A stretch of 64,000 nt of DNA, taken from assembly GCA_951406725.2 (NCBI GenBank), contig OX597833.1, forward strand, positions 37,758,001-37,822,000, written 5' to 3'. Both the position numbers and the translations under genes were made by a program. The number at the start of each line of letters is the position of its first letter. Within the stretch, counting starts at the first letter, position 1. Positions 1 through 12,135 of this stretch are shown in pieces. Under the pieces are notes generated by a model, which was not told the origin of the DNA, made no database searches, and worked only from the letters and a program-made list of their open reading frames with translations. This DNA comes from Octopus vulgaris. Taxonomy: Eukaryota.

Positions 1-104
1 CAGTACTTAATTTTTTTTTAAGCCTGGTACTACTTATTCTATCGGTTTTAATTTGCTGAACTGCTACATAACAGTACATAAGCAAAGCAACGCCATATGT
101 CCAC

Positions 105-173
105 GGGCACATGGTGTAGTGGTTAAGAGTGCGGGCTACTAACCCCAAGATTCCGAGTTTGATTCCAGGCAGT

Positions 174-175
<2 letters not shown>
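105..175 (+). mobile_element. tRNA-derived SINE head with Pol III A and B boxes
   Basis: A box TGGTGTAGTGG and B-like box GAGTTTGATTCC. No paired acceptor stem, so not a tRNA gene. Confidence 0.65.
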
Positions 176-205
<30 letters not shown>

Positions 206-381
206 TGATGAGGAAGAGGAGGAGGAGGAAGATGATGATGAGGAGGAGGAGGAGGAGGAGGAAGATGATGATGAGGAGGAGGAGGAGGAGGAGGAAGATG
301 ATGATGAGGAGGAGGAAGAGGAGGAGGAGGAGGAGGAGGAGAAGAAGAAGAAGAAGAAGAAGAAGAAGAAAAAGAAGAAGA
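174..381 (+). repeat. Compound (GAG/GAT)n-(AAG)n trinucleotide microsatellite
   Basis: Directly visible. It produces the spurious poly-E/K, poly-R, poly-P and poly-L ORFs. Confidence 0.95.
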
Positions 382-582
382 AACCAACACCAGTTATCAA
401 GCAGTGTTGGGGAACAACTATTCATATCTCTAGTTCTTACTGTCTTCCTGTTTCCTTACTACTACTACTACTACTTTTTGCCTCATCCATATAAAGTTCT
501 CAGAACCATAGGATCCAGGAAACAAAAGGACCCTCAAGTATTATTATAAGCTGGTAATGGAAGAACATTCTAGAGAACTCAC

Positions 583-748
583 ACTTAATCAAGTTGTTGT
601 AGCTGTCATCTTCACTGCTTGATTCCAAGGTATCATCAAGACCATTATCATAATCATCATCAACATTATCAATATCTGTGTTCAGTTCCAAGTCCAAAGC
701 AGGGTCAAAAGTCACAGGCCTTGAACCATTGGCATACTTCAAATATGG
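583..748 (-). CDS. CEP164: CEP164-like exon (PYLKYANGSRPVTFDPALDLEL...SSSEDDSYNNLIK), phase 0-1; gene continues out of window
   Basis: Poly-T plus ccacag acceptor, GTGAGT donor, 166 nt. 'VTFD' followed by an acidic/Ser tract recalls CEP164 'KAVTFDLSD' (from memory). Confidence 0.82.
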
Positions 749-1067
749 CTGTGGAAAAAAAAAAAAAAGAGCATATATAGTAAAGATACATAGGTACAGG
801 CATGGCTGTGTGGTAAGAAGCTTGCTTCCCAATTTCATGGTTCTGGGTTCAATCCCACTGCATGGCACCCTGGGTGAGTGTCTTCTACTATAGCCTCAGG
901 CCAGCCTTATGAGCCGATTTGGTAGATGGAAACTGAAAGCCCATCATATGTATATATATATTTTAAAGAAGCCATAGGCCAACAGGTCTTAGGGTCTGAA
1001 GATATACCATAAAGGTATCCTTTATGGTAAGAAACCCAAGGTAACCCTGTAAACTGGCCTTCACCAG

Positions 1068-1102
<35 letters not shown>

Positions 1103-2252
1103 TGTGTGTGTGTGTGTGCGTATGTGTGTCTTTGTTTGTCCCACCACCGCCACCACCACCACCACCACCATCAAGCAGTTTGGCAAAAGAGACTGATAGA
1201 ATAAGTATTAAGCTTACAAAGAATAAGTCCTGGGGGTCAATTTCTTCAACTAAAAAAAACCGTTTGTGGTGCTGCAGCATGGCTGTAGTCATATGATTGA
1301 AACAAGTAAAAAAATAAAAGAATTATTTGAAGAATGGGGATTTCTTTGTCATGAACATAGATGTAAAATATCAAACAGAATCATTAACATGCTGGTCAAA
1401 TTGTTTAGAGGCATTTCGTGCACTTTTATGTTCTGAGTTCAAATTCCACAAAGATAGACTTTAGCCGTTCATCCTTTCGGGATCAATAAAATAAGTTCTA
1501 GTTGAGCACTAGAATCAACCGAATCAACCATCATTGATTGGTTGAAATTACCGAAATACAAGAACTTTAACGTGAAATAACTTTGTAAATATAAGTTTTT
1601 CTCAAAAATGCTGAGAGTAAAAGCCGTTTTATATGATACATTCTACCAGTGTCCAAAGTTTGAAAGTGTTTAGTTACAAAAAATTATTTTTTAAATCTGT
1701 AGGTCAAAAGGTAAAGATCCCAGAACAAATTAACTCATATATCGAAGCATTACAGTGCTATACATGTTGACATTTCACAGGTTTACACTACAGCAGGTAT
1801 ACTTTAACAGCCTTCTCTGCTAAAGTTCAAAGGTCACTTTCAAATTTGCTTTCCATTTTGAAGATACATGCACTTTTACAGTGTACTTTAATCAGCAATT
1901 ATAAATCTAACTGAACTCTTCTGTTTGTATATATCATAATACTAAAGAGAAAAAAAAGCACTATGTATTATTAAGAGAGATGGTTTTTCTGGGATCTCAT
2001 AGGTTATAATCAGAGGTGGGGGTTATACAATGGGGTGTAATATATACAAATAAGGTATACATTCTTACTAATACATTAAATCTCTCTGCAATTAGAACAG
2101 TTAGAACACAAATAGGCACACATGCACACAGAAGTACAACCATCACTATTTCCATTACCATCATCACTTCCACCATTACTACCACTACTTTGTCTCTTTA
2201 GACAGTAAGGGGAACTATAAAAGCAGAAAATACTGGAGTTACACAACTACAC

Positions 2253-2351
2253 AAGACAAGACAGACTCTTCAGACTCTTCTTCTCCAATGTGAACAAGAA
2301 TTCATCTTCACTTTGCAAATTTTCATTCTTCATGAATTCTGTCGCTACATT
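2253..2351 (-). CDS. CEP164: Probable CEP164-like exon (NVATEFMKNENLQSEDEFLFTLEKKSLK...); donor unresolved
   Basis: ttacag acceptor, open only in phase 0, helical-looking peptide in the expected position. Only weak donors are present (GTCTGT, GTGTAG), so the 3' boundary is uncertain. Confidence 0.5.
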
Positions 2352-3424
2352 CTGTAACATGCACATCATCATCATCATCATCTCATACATGACAAGCACA
2401 CATACACAGACATTACACTTACATGCAACCAAATACACACTCACACTCTTGGCATTAGGAAGGGCATCCAGCTGTTGAAACTCTGCCAGATCAGGTTGGA
2501 GTCTGGTGCAGCCATCTGGTTCGCCAGACCTCAGTCAAATCGTCCAACCCATGCTAGCATGGAAAGCGGACATTAAACGATATGATGATGATGATGATGA
2601 TGATGATGACAAAAGCACTATTCTTTCTTTCTTTGTCAATATAAAAATGTATTGGTGAATAATCTAAGCATTAATTGTTCTAGGGTCATATTAATTGTTC
2701 TGGGGGGTCATATAACTATACAAAACCTTTTGTCACTCACTACATCCACCCCTATGTGCCTCTGAACTCCAGCTCTGTCACTATGCATCTTCTCTCTTCT
2801 CCACACTTCACATCATCTCCCTATTTCTCATTTACCTATGATACTGCTGCTCTCCCCTCCCCCACATTTTATGTATTGCCATCTATCATCTTCTCTTCCC
2901 CAGCCCATTCCTATTTTTCTTTACCTTCCCCCAAACTAAGCTTCACCATTGACCATGCCTCCACACACGTCCCCTAGTCATTGCATTCCCCTTCTTTCTC
3001 CCATCTCTAACCATCTGCTACTCTCCTTTTATACTCTCACCCACCCTCAATTTTCAATCCTTATTCTCACTGTATCTACCTTCTTGTACCCCGAGGATAC
3101 ACCCTGACTCCTCCTCTCCACTATCCCTACTCCCTTTCCTATTTGTGTAGCCATGTATTTCTTCTACAGCAAGACACTTGTTCCTAACCCTCTATCATAC
3201 TTTAGACTCTCAACACCAAGCACAAAGCCACCGCCTTTAATACTGCACTCTCACTTGCCAAGAAGTTTAGTCTTGTAAGTTACTTGGCGACCTCACTAGT
3301 GTCAGTTCCAGGAAAAAAAGTACAAAGTACTCTCAGTAAAATGGTTGGCATTAGAAAGGGCATTCATTCATAGAAAATATGCCAAGACAGACACTGGAGT
3401 TCAATGCAGTCCTCTAGCTAGTCA

Positions 3425-3746
3425 GATCTTGTCAAACTGTCCAACCCGATCTTGTCAAACTGTCCAACTCAATCTTGTCAAACTGTCCAACCTGATCTTG
3501 TCAAACTGTCCAACCTGATCTTGTCAAACTGTCTAACCCGATCTTGTCAAACTGTCCAACCCGATCTTGTCAAACTGTCCAACCTGATCTTGTCAAACTG
3601 TCCAACCTGATCTTGTCAAACTGTCCAACCTGATCTTGTCAAACTGTCCAACCTGATCTTGTCAAACTGTCTAACCCGATCTTGTCAAACTGTCCAACCC
3701 GATCTTGTCAAACTGTCCAACCTGATCTTGTCAAACTGTCCAACCC
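3425..3746 (+). repeat. 23-bp minisatellite, 14 copies (gatcttgtcaaactgtccaaccY)
   Basis: Counted directly. It lies inside the 3' part of a SINE. Confidence 0.95.
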
Positions 3747-3856
3747 TTACCAGCATGGAATACAGATGTTAAATAATGATGATGATAATGGCTGGAGTTA
3801 CACAGCTATACAAAACATTGAGATCACACAGAAGCAGAAAACAATAGTGTCCTTAC

Positions 3857-4012
3857 AGTTTCTTTGCTGTCAGCTATTCTTGTCACCTGTTTTGGCCAGG
3901 TAGATCTGATCTGTTGTTCAGGGTGTATATAGTTCTGAAGTAGCTTAAATTTGTCATTGATGTTCTCTAAATTGACTCGTAACTCCTCAAATATCACTGA
4001 AGACAGAGCAAC
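3857..4012 (-). CDS. CEP164: CEP164-like exon (VALSSVIFEELRVNLENINDKF...DSKET), phase 0-0; alternative in-frame donor at 3887
   Basis: tttcatcag acceptor, GTAAGG donor (or CAG|GTGACA at 3887). 156 nt, open in phase 0. Confidence 0.82.
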
Positions 4013-5175
4013 CTGATGAAAGAAAGGAAGGTATTCAGGACTAGAACAACAACAACAACAACAACATTAAAAACATGTTTTTATAACTGAAGTAGCATGA
4101 TGGCTACGAGATTAATCTGCTTGACCACAAGGTCAAAACTTTTAGATCTTACTACAATTTGTGTTGTAACCATGGCTAAAATATCTAGTTATGCTTGCTT
4201 TAGTTTCTCTAAGTTCAGTGAAAGTCAAGTTCCACTTAACTTCACAGATGTGTGGTTAATGGTAGGGAGAGCATTCAGCTGTATTAACCCTTTAGTATTC
4301 AAACAGGCCATATCCAGCCCAAATATTCTACCTGTTTTATGTTCAAACCAGCCAGATGAGGCCTCTCACATCTACCCTACAATGTCATTCTAAATATATA
4401 GAATCACAAAACCTCAGAGCTAAGAGATAAGGCATGATTAATGGAAAACAATGTGAATAAATCTGAATAATAAAGAACTAAATTGTTCCTCCAACAAATA
4501 AACCACCACCCACTTATGCAAGAATAGAAAAAGGGATAGAGCATTAAGTATTTTATAAAAAAAACATTGTTTTTGTTAAGTCTTGGATACACAAGATCAA
4601 CTTTTGTAGTGAAACAGAATTCACTAGTACTTATTTTAAAAACCTTAACTAGATAGGACATACTTGACTATGGTAGGGTTTGAACCCAGAGTTTAGAGGT
4701 TATTATACTAAAATACTATATACATTTAGTTTGGTGCACTTACTATTGGTGATATCTATATACTCTAAAACAGGCTACGAGAGAATTTGAATCCAGCCCT
4801 CAAAGACAACAAAACACTTATCTTCATTAGTTAGGCAATTAACACTTGTTAATTAACTGAGATATGTCTCTTTATAGTATCTGTTTACAGATGGGTTGAT
4901 CTCACCCAGCCATTGCCTAATATTATTTGACACAGATACAACGCAATATTGGTGAGGGGATAAGAAACAGTATCCAAACACCTAACAACCAAGGAATTGA
5001 GTTCTCATATTGAGGAGAATGAGGTAGTATAGAACCAACACAACTAAATACAAAAGAAGTCCATGTCATAACAAAAAAAAATGTGACTCAAATCTAAGTT
5101 GAAATAATTTAGAACTTTAGGCATCCAATGTAAGATATACAAATATAGTTTAGTATGAGTAAATCATACACTAAC

Positions 5176-5198
5176 CTTTTCATCCGCTGGTGATATAT
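5176..5198 (-). CDS. CEP164: 23-nt microexon (D-ISPADEK), phase 1-0
   Basis: tcttgcag acceptor, AAG|GTTAGT donor. It is needed to bridge the phase-1 donor at 5733 to the phase-0 exon starting at 4012. Confidence 0.65.
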
Positions 5199-5732
5199 CT
5201 GCAAGATTTCATTTGTTCCATTGTTTTTATTTTTTCATTGATAAAGAGAATAGAATTAATCATGATTATTAGATAAAATACAAAACATAATGCAGCATAA
5301 CCAAAACGAACAAACTAAATTAGAAGATGAATATATAAATAGTAATCAATTCAAATTACACACAAATACACACACACGCACACACACACACATGCATACA
5401 CACATGCACATGCATACACACACACACAAAATGTCATTTGACAGTGGCCATGCTGGAGCCGTTAATAAAAATGCTCGTCAAATGCATGTGTCTAATATAT
5501 ATATGTGTGTGTGATTATATAAACTTATGTAAATATATATCTGTGTATGTGTGTTTGTGTATAACAGCATGTTCAGTTGCATCCTTTTATATCAAAATGT
5601 AACTTATAACAGAACAGAAGAATACACTTGAGTCACTTCAATATACTATACTTCTTCTTTAATAATTTGATACATTGGTCCAGTATAGGGACTATCCATT
5701 GTTAGTATCTAGAGAAATTTTTGATAACTCAC

Positions 5733-5941
5733 CTGACTTCGGTAGATGTGTATTTGTAATTTTGGTCCTAGGTGATTTTTGTGCATTTTCAACAGGAGTA
5801 TTTGGTTTTGAACCAAGTGACGAACTGTTTTGATTTTCCTTAAAACTTGACAGAGCTCTTGGCATTGGTTGAGAGCCAAAGGTTCCTTCTGCACAATCAT
5901 CAATGTGAACGTCTTCAATATTTCCCAGACCATTAAAGAAA
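5733..5941 (-). CDS. CEP164: CEP164-like exon (FFNGLGNIEDVHIDD...THLPKS), phase 2-1
   Basis: ctttttcag acceptor, CAG|GTGAGT donor, 209 nt. 'EDVHIDD' recalls CEP164 'DLHIED' (from memory). Confidence 0.85.
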
Positions 5942-7561
5942 CTGAAAAAGAAAAACCCCACAAAAAACACTAAATAAATCATATATATTTTTTTCTGATT
6001 TCTCAAAGAAAATATGTTTAGAACCGCTGCACACACACACACACACATGCAAATACACACACACACGAAAAGACACACACAAACACACATGCACATACGC
6101 ACACATCATCATCATCATTGTTCAATGTCTGTTTTCATGCTGGCATGGGTTGGACGGTTTGACTGAGGACTGGCAAGCCAGAAGGCTGCACCAGGCTCCA
6201 GTCTGATCTGGCAGTTTCTACAGCTGGATGCCCTTCCTAACGCCAACCACTCCGAGAGTGTAGTGGGTGCTTTTACGTGCCACTGGTATGAGGGCCAATC
6301 AGGCAGTACTGGCAATACCCATGCTCAAAAGGTGTTTTTTACATGCCACCAGCACGGAAGCCAGGTAGCAGCCCTGGCAACAATCACACTAAGATGGTAC
6401 TTTTTAACATTCAACTGGCATGAGTGCCAATCAGGTGGTACTGTCATCGGCCATGTCAGTGATTTTGATTTCACTTGCCTCAACAGGTCTTCGCAAGAAA
6501 AGTTTATAGTCCAATGAATGAAGGGTACTCTGAAGTGGGCAGGTTATACACCACTGGCATAGGCTACACCTGCTGCATTCAGCTACTCTGCATTGATAAA
6601 GGGCAAATACTCTGAAACATGTCTGCAGATGCCTGACCAGCAAGGGGAAGCAGCTGACCTCCCCTGTTCGAAGGTTATAATGAACACAGGTTTGTGTGTC
6701 ATATAGCTAGCCAGAGGCGATGGCCTCTTGGAGCTAATCAATGGCAGCTTTCCTCCTATATTTATGGACTGCCATATTAGCTTTGCAATAACTATTAATA
6801 TATATATACACACACACACACACACATTTATGTGTGTATGTGTTTAGAATGGGGCTTGAGTTTTTTTCAACAAAGGTTCCAGTTGTTCCAATAAGCTACA
6901 TATTCATTATATGTGTCATAGAGTAAGCGGTTAAGCATTCAACAAACACTTGTATCCTTGACATTATTCTCATACAGAATCAATGTTTAACTGAGTGTTA
7001 CCAAGTTGTACCCTTGGTTTCTAACATTGGAACAAGGTCACAAATCACAAGGCAGAAGAACAGTGAAGCAAGCAAATTGACCCAATGCCTTATCAACTCT
7101 AGAATGACAAAACGGTGAAGTTGACTATAAAGGCCCATATCTAAATACTGCAATGGCATCATAAACAACAAAATATAATCTTCTAATGATTCTGCCAATT
7201 TACTGCCCATGCCAATCTAACCCAAAGCATAAAAACGTAAAAGAAAATACTATACGGTATTTACAAAATCAACCCTGTACCATTTCTGACACCTTACCAC
7301 AATTACAAGAAATCTGCAGAATAACAAGTCAATAAGGGAGCATTTCTTAATGCAATCACACAGTTCTATGATACAAATTTTGTGTTTCCAAATTATCTAA
7401 ATTAAAGCTTTCTATCAGAATTTCATGTTAATTTAGGTTCCAAAGACCAGCTTAATCATAGCGATAAATTCTTCATTATTTTCAAAATTAATTGAAAGAA
7501 AGACAGTGCATTCCATCAGAAAAATAGTAACAAAAAGAGTTAAAGGTTAAAATTGTTTTAC

Positions 7562-7698
7562 CTATCGTTGCCATTCACAAGATCTGCTGATCCCAACCGA
7601 AGAGAAGAAGGAGAAGGAGAAAGTTTCTCTTTGTCTTGATTTGCTATTTTTGAATTACTGCCATTTTCAGAGGGTAGAGAATGGTTAACATCAGCTTT
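7562..7698 (-). CDS. CEP164: CEP164-like exon (KADVNHSLPSENG...LVNGND), phase 0-2
   Basis: tttcag acceptor, AG|GTAAAA donor, 137 nt. Confidence 0.82.
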
Positions 7699-8189
7699 CT
7701 GAAACAGATCACAGGAAATAAAAATACTAAATAAATGAGATTTGCTTGGTTGAAATTCATAACATACTCCAATATCAACATATTCTGACAAAATTTTTAA
7801 AAAAAGAAGAAAAAACCCCAGAAATTTATTCTATGTGGCATGACAACAGTTAAAGTAAAACTTGGAGGAAAATAACAGATGCAAGAATCTAGCAAATTAA
7901 AACACAGAGATCCCTGAAACGAGGAAAAATAAAGTCCCATTGCTGCCAACATTACAAACACCACAAATGTAAAATCATAAACAAGTGCTCAAGACTACTA
8001 CACCTACTTCTACACACCCGCAAACCAAGACAAAGAAGGAGTCTACTCCCAGTTGCCAGAGAAAAGCAAGTTTATCCTGAATGCTCTTCCTCCCAAACCA
8101 ACATCAACTGCAGTGACATGGAGAAAGAAGAGCTGAACAATCAATGGATCACAGTGACAAAAGAGGGTAGTGACAGGAGCAAACTTAAT

Positions 8190-9725
8190 TTCGTACCTAG
8201 GCAGCTTACAAGGCTCTTGGTGACAGATATGAGATACTGCGAAAAGCCAACCACAGCCTCTGAAATACAGGAGGCGATGAGCGATTGCACAAGTCGCAAA
8301 TCACTCAGTTTGGATGGTTTGCCCTGTGAATTCTATGTTTTCATGCCAGATTTGTTTGGCAATCTCTTGGCAGATGTCTACAGTAACTGGCAGCAGAACG
8401 GGAGAATTTCTACCGCTGTTAGGTAGGGTGTGGTAACACTGCTGAGAAAGGATGCTGACAATGGGGATGTGCTACAGGCCATAACTCTGCTAAACACAGA
8501 GTTTAAGATTTTGATCAAGGTGTTAGCACAAAGGTCAGTGCTTGTTGTTGGTAGTCTGGTCAGGGATGAACAAACGTGCGCAATGCCAACTAGGTCTATC
8601 AACAACAACCTCTACCTAATGCGATACATCATAGAGAGGGTTGGGACTAAAGCAAGCTACGGTGGGGCCCTGATCAATTTAGATCAGTCGGAAGCTTTTG
8701 ATGGGGTAGACCATTGCTACTTGGAAGCTGTCCTTAAAGTGACTGGTTTTGGACCTGTTTTCAGAGGCTGGATTGCTGCAATGCACAACAGCACCTGCTC
8801 GGTGGTCAAAGTAAATGGCCATCTATTGGAACTGTTTAGTATTGCACATTCAGTCCATCAGGGCTGCCCGCAGTCACCTCTCCTGTATGTGCTGGTTCTC
8901 GAGCCACTACTATGGACATTGGAACAGTTAAGAGGCTTCTTTTGAAATTGAACTTGGGAGGGCAGTGTCTGCATATGCAGACAATATCACCATCATAGTG
9001 TTGGATGCCTCCAAAGTGGAGATGGTCAGCCCCATTGCAAAGGAATATGAGTCTCTTGCAGGGGCTAAAACCAATGCCAACAAGTTGGTGGGTTTGTGAC
9101 TGGGCACCTGAAGAGGCAGATTGATGTTGTCGGACACTGGACTGGCAGACCAGTTTAACAGTTCAGGGTCTGGTTTGGTCCCGACCTCCAGGTGGATAGG
9201 ACTTGGGAAGTGATGATGAACAGGGTGACCTCTCTTACACAGAAATAGGTAGAGGGGAAGTTGTCCCTAAAGGTCGAGCAGAATGGCAAATGCCTACACT
9301 GCCTCTGTCATTATTTATCATCTGACCGTCATGCCTTGCCCTAATTACTGCTCGATTAGATTGGAGTGTATCTTGTTTATTTTCTTGTAGAAGGGACATG
9401 TTCCAATGGTCAGGCGGTTGGTCTGCTGCCAACTTCCTTTGCATGGCAGCTTAGTAATACCATGGCTTTTAATGCGCAGACACACACTCAGGTTGCACCA
9501 CCTACATTGATTTTTAGAAGGTGAACATGTGTGGGCACCATTTGTGAGACACGCTTTTCTGCAGCTCGTCTCCTTGACGAAGTTGCAGTCCTGGGTAGAG
9601 GATAGGCCAACACTGGGCACCTGGCACTTAGAATGTCATCAGGTGCTCACTGTCCTCTACAAGTTGGGCAATAGGATGGGTGGATGTTCCACTTTAGATA
9701 TTTACAGAGGATTAGTAGTGGAGAA
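8190..9725 (+). mobile_element. Decayed L1/Tx1-clade LINE ORF2 (reverse transcriptase) fragment
   Basis: Motifs SLDGLPCEFY, ITLLNTEFKIL, LDQSEAFDGVDH, QGCPQSPLLY and AYADNIT (YADD). Stops and frameshifts throughout. Confidence 0.9.
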
Positions 9726-10151
9726 CTTTATATTTAGCAATGGGTCAACTCCAAGTAAAAGTAAAAGTATGAAAACAACTATACTTCAAAAAGGATTGTC
9801 CTTTTGCCTGAGGAATTTATCCCAGAAAGAGATTGCAGTGATAGGAATAGAGATAAGAAAGGAGTTGGAAACCACCAAGGCAGGAACAAATATAAAAAAG
9901 AGCCTCTTAAGAACAACACATATGCTACAGAGGGTGGGAGAAGCAAAGTTAAACACAGCAGACTTTGAATTAAGCACATGGAGAGATGAGACTAGATGCT
10001 TAGAGCATTTAGTCTGGTGCTCTGTCAACTTACCACTTTTGTAAAATTGCTCTTTTTTTTTTAACAAGTTTGGAATGGTGTTATTAACAGAAAAATAAGC
10101 TTCTGCAAAAAAAAAATAATAAATAAATAAAACAGAAATTTAAAAAAGTAC

Positions 10152-10220
10152 CTTAAACTCTTCAAAAAATACTTTGTGATTTTTTAAGAATTTAGCCCTT
10201 CTTTCTTCAAAATCTTTTTC
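10152..10220 (-). CDS. CEP164: CEP164-like exon (EKDFEERRAKFLKNHKVFFEEFK), phase 0-0
   Basis: ttttgtag acceptor, AAG|GTACTT donor, 69 nt. Confidence 0.82.
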
Positions 10221-10986
10221 CTACAAAAGAATGAACAGGGAAATCATAAAATGAATAAAAAAGGAGGCATATGTCATTCTTTCTATCTTTCATCTTTTAC
10301 TTGTTTCAGTAATTTGACTGCAGCCATGCTGGGGCACTGCCTTGAATTGTCTTTTAGTTGTACAAATTGACTTCAGGACTTTTTTTTTTTAAGCTTATTG
10401 ATATCTTTTTGCCAAACTGCTAAACTACAGGGATGTAAACACAACAACACTGGTAATCAAGCAGTGGTGGGGGCTGAAAACAGACACAAAGACACACACA
10501 CACACACACATATATGTGCTATTATGTTAAACTGTTGTATGTCTAAATTTGGCCAAATACGTTTTTTTCAATATTTATTTTTGCTTGCAAAAGCTGCTTT
10601 TTTTTCTTTTATGGTCAAACTATCGTATCTCCATCTGCATCGGATCCCAAGATATCAAAAATTGTCAAAATGTAGTGCAACGGTTTTGCTATGGAATGGG
10701 GAAACTATTTTTTCGCTTTCTGAAAAAAGCAACATTTTGGACTTATGACACTTTTGCATAATAGCAATGATATATATATATGACGGGTTTCTTTCAATTT
10801 CCGGCTACCAGATCCACTCACAAGGTTTTTGTTAGTCCAAGGCTATAGTAGAAGACACTTGTCCAAGGTACTATGCAGTGAGACTAAATCCCAAACCATG
10901 TGGATGGGAAACAAGCTTCTTACCACACAGCTATGCATTTTATGTCAGCCCAAATATTTCTTGAGTAGAATCAAAATGATACCGAC

Positions 10987-11070
10987 CTTTCTGGCTAATT
11001 CCTCTGTAGACTGCTCCAGTTCCTCTCTTTGCTTTTGAAGATTAACAAGCTTTTCTCTTAAAGACGCATT
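10987..11070 (-). CDS. CEP164: CEP164-like exon (NASLREKLVNLQKQREELEQSTEELARK), phase 0-0
   Basis: tttcag acceptor, AAG|GTCGGT donor, 84 nt. Confidence 0.88.
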
Positions 11071-11340
11071 CTGAAATGTAAAACACAAAAAAATTAGTAA
11101 GGCATTCAACAAAAGTTTAAAAGACATTAAATGTAATATAAAATACATCCTTGGGTAATAGCACTAAAAAAGCAATTTTTATCACAAGACATGAAAATAT
11201 AGGGTAAATTAAATATCTTGTCTAAGAATTACAATGAGCTGAGAGTGAAATACTATCAAGTTAAGGTATGGGAGTCATGTGTCTGACAACTCTATCCAAC
11301 ATAATTGAAAATAATAATACAATTTGGCAGATTTGCATAT

Positions 11341-11830
11341 CATCATCATCATCATCATCATTTAGCGTCCGCTTTCCATGCTAGCATGGGTTGGACGGGT
11401 CAACTGGGGTCTGTGAAGCTGGAAGGCTTCGTCAGGCCCAGTCAGATCTGGCAGTGTTTCTACGGCTGGATGCCCTTCCTAACGCCAACCACTCCGCGAG
11501 TGTAGTGGGTGTTTTTTACGTGCCACCTACACAGGTGCCAGACAGAGCTGGCGAACGGCCACGAACGGATGGTGCTTTTACGTGTCACCGGCACGGGGCC
11601 AGGCGATGCTGGCAACGGACACGAACGGATGGTGCTTTTACGTGCCACTGACACGGGGCCAGACAGAGCTGGCAAACGGCCACGAACGGACGGTGCTTTT
11701 ATGTGTCACCGGCACGGGGGCCAGCCAAGGCTGACAACGAACACGAACGGATGGTGCTTTTACGTGCCACCGACATGGGGCCAGACAGAGCTGGCAAACG
11801 GCCACGAACGGACGGTGCTTTTACGTGTCT
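11341..11830 (-). mobile_element. SINE with ggcgttaggaagggcatccagc (Meta-domain-like) core and (GAT)n tail, with an internal ~60-bp tandem array
   Basis: Same family at ~2450-2610, 3280-3790, 6105-6560, 12920-13115, 41455-41790, 50398-50565 and 55190-55650. Confidence 0.75.
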
Positions 11831-11844
11831 CTTAAAATGGGTGG

Positions 11845-12135
11845 AGGCACATGGTCTACTGGTTAGTGTAGTGGACTCGTGGTTGAGGGATCGCAGGTTC
11901 GAATCTCAGACTGGGCAATGTGTGTGTTTATGGGCGAAACACCTAAGCTCCACACAGATCCGGCAGAAGGTAATGGCAAACTTCTGCTGACTCTTTTGCC
12001 ACAACTTTCTCTCACTCTTTCCTCCTGTATCTTGCAGCTCACCTGTGATGGACTGGCGTCCTGTACAGGTGGGGAACCTATACGCCAAGGAAACCAGGAA
12101 ACCAGCCCTTATGAGCCTGGCATGGCTCAAGAAGG
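11845..12135 (+). mobile_element. tRNA-derived SINE
   Basis: A-box-like tggtctactgg and B box ggttcgaatc. Related copies at ~14535-14770, 31700-31992(-) and 34880-35030. Confidence 0.7.

Noticed and set aside
105-175. tRNA gene
   Set aside because: A and B boxes are present, but the acceptor stem does not pair. This fits a SINE head.
123-549. Poly-E/K, poly-R, poly-P and poly-L ORFs
   Set aside because: These are translations of a trinucleotide microsatellite that is open in several frames, with no splice context.
3425-3746. CRISPR-like array
   Set aside because: The units are contiguous with no unique spacers, the context is eukaryotic, and the unit derives from a SINE.
10032-10102. Possible exon (AYFSVNNTIPNLLKKKEQFYKS) with tgcag acceptor and GTAAGT donor
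   Set aside because: It needs phase 1, but the upstream exon ends in phase 0 only ~50 nt away, and in phase 0 it hits a stop. The LLKKKE similarity to CEP164 comes from an A-run.
11520-11828. CRISPR-like repeat-spacer pattern
   Set aside because: The apparent spacers are homologous to each other, so this is a plain tandem repeat within a SINE. There are no cas genes.
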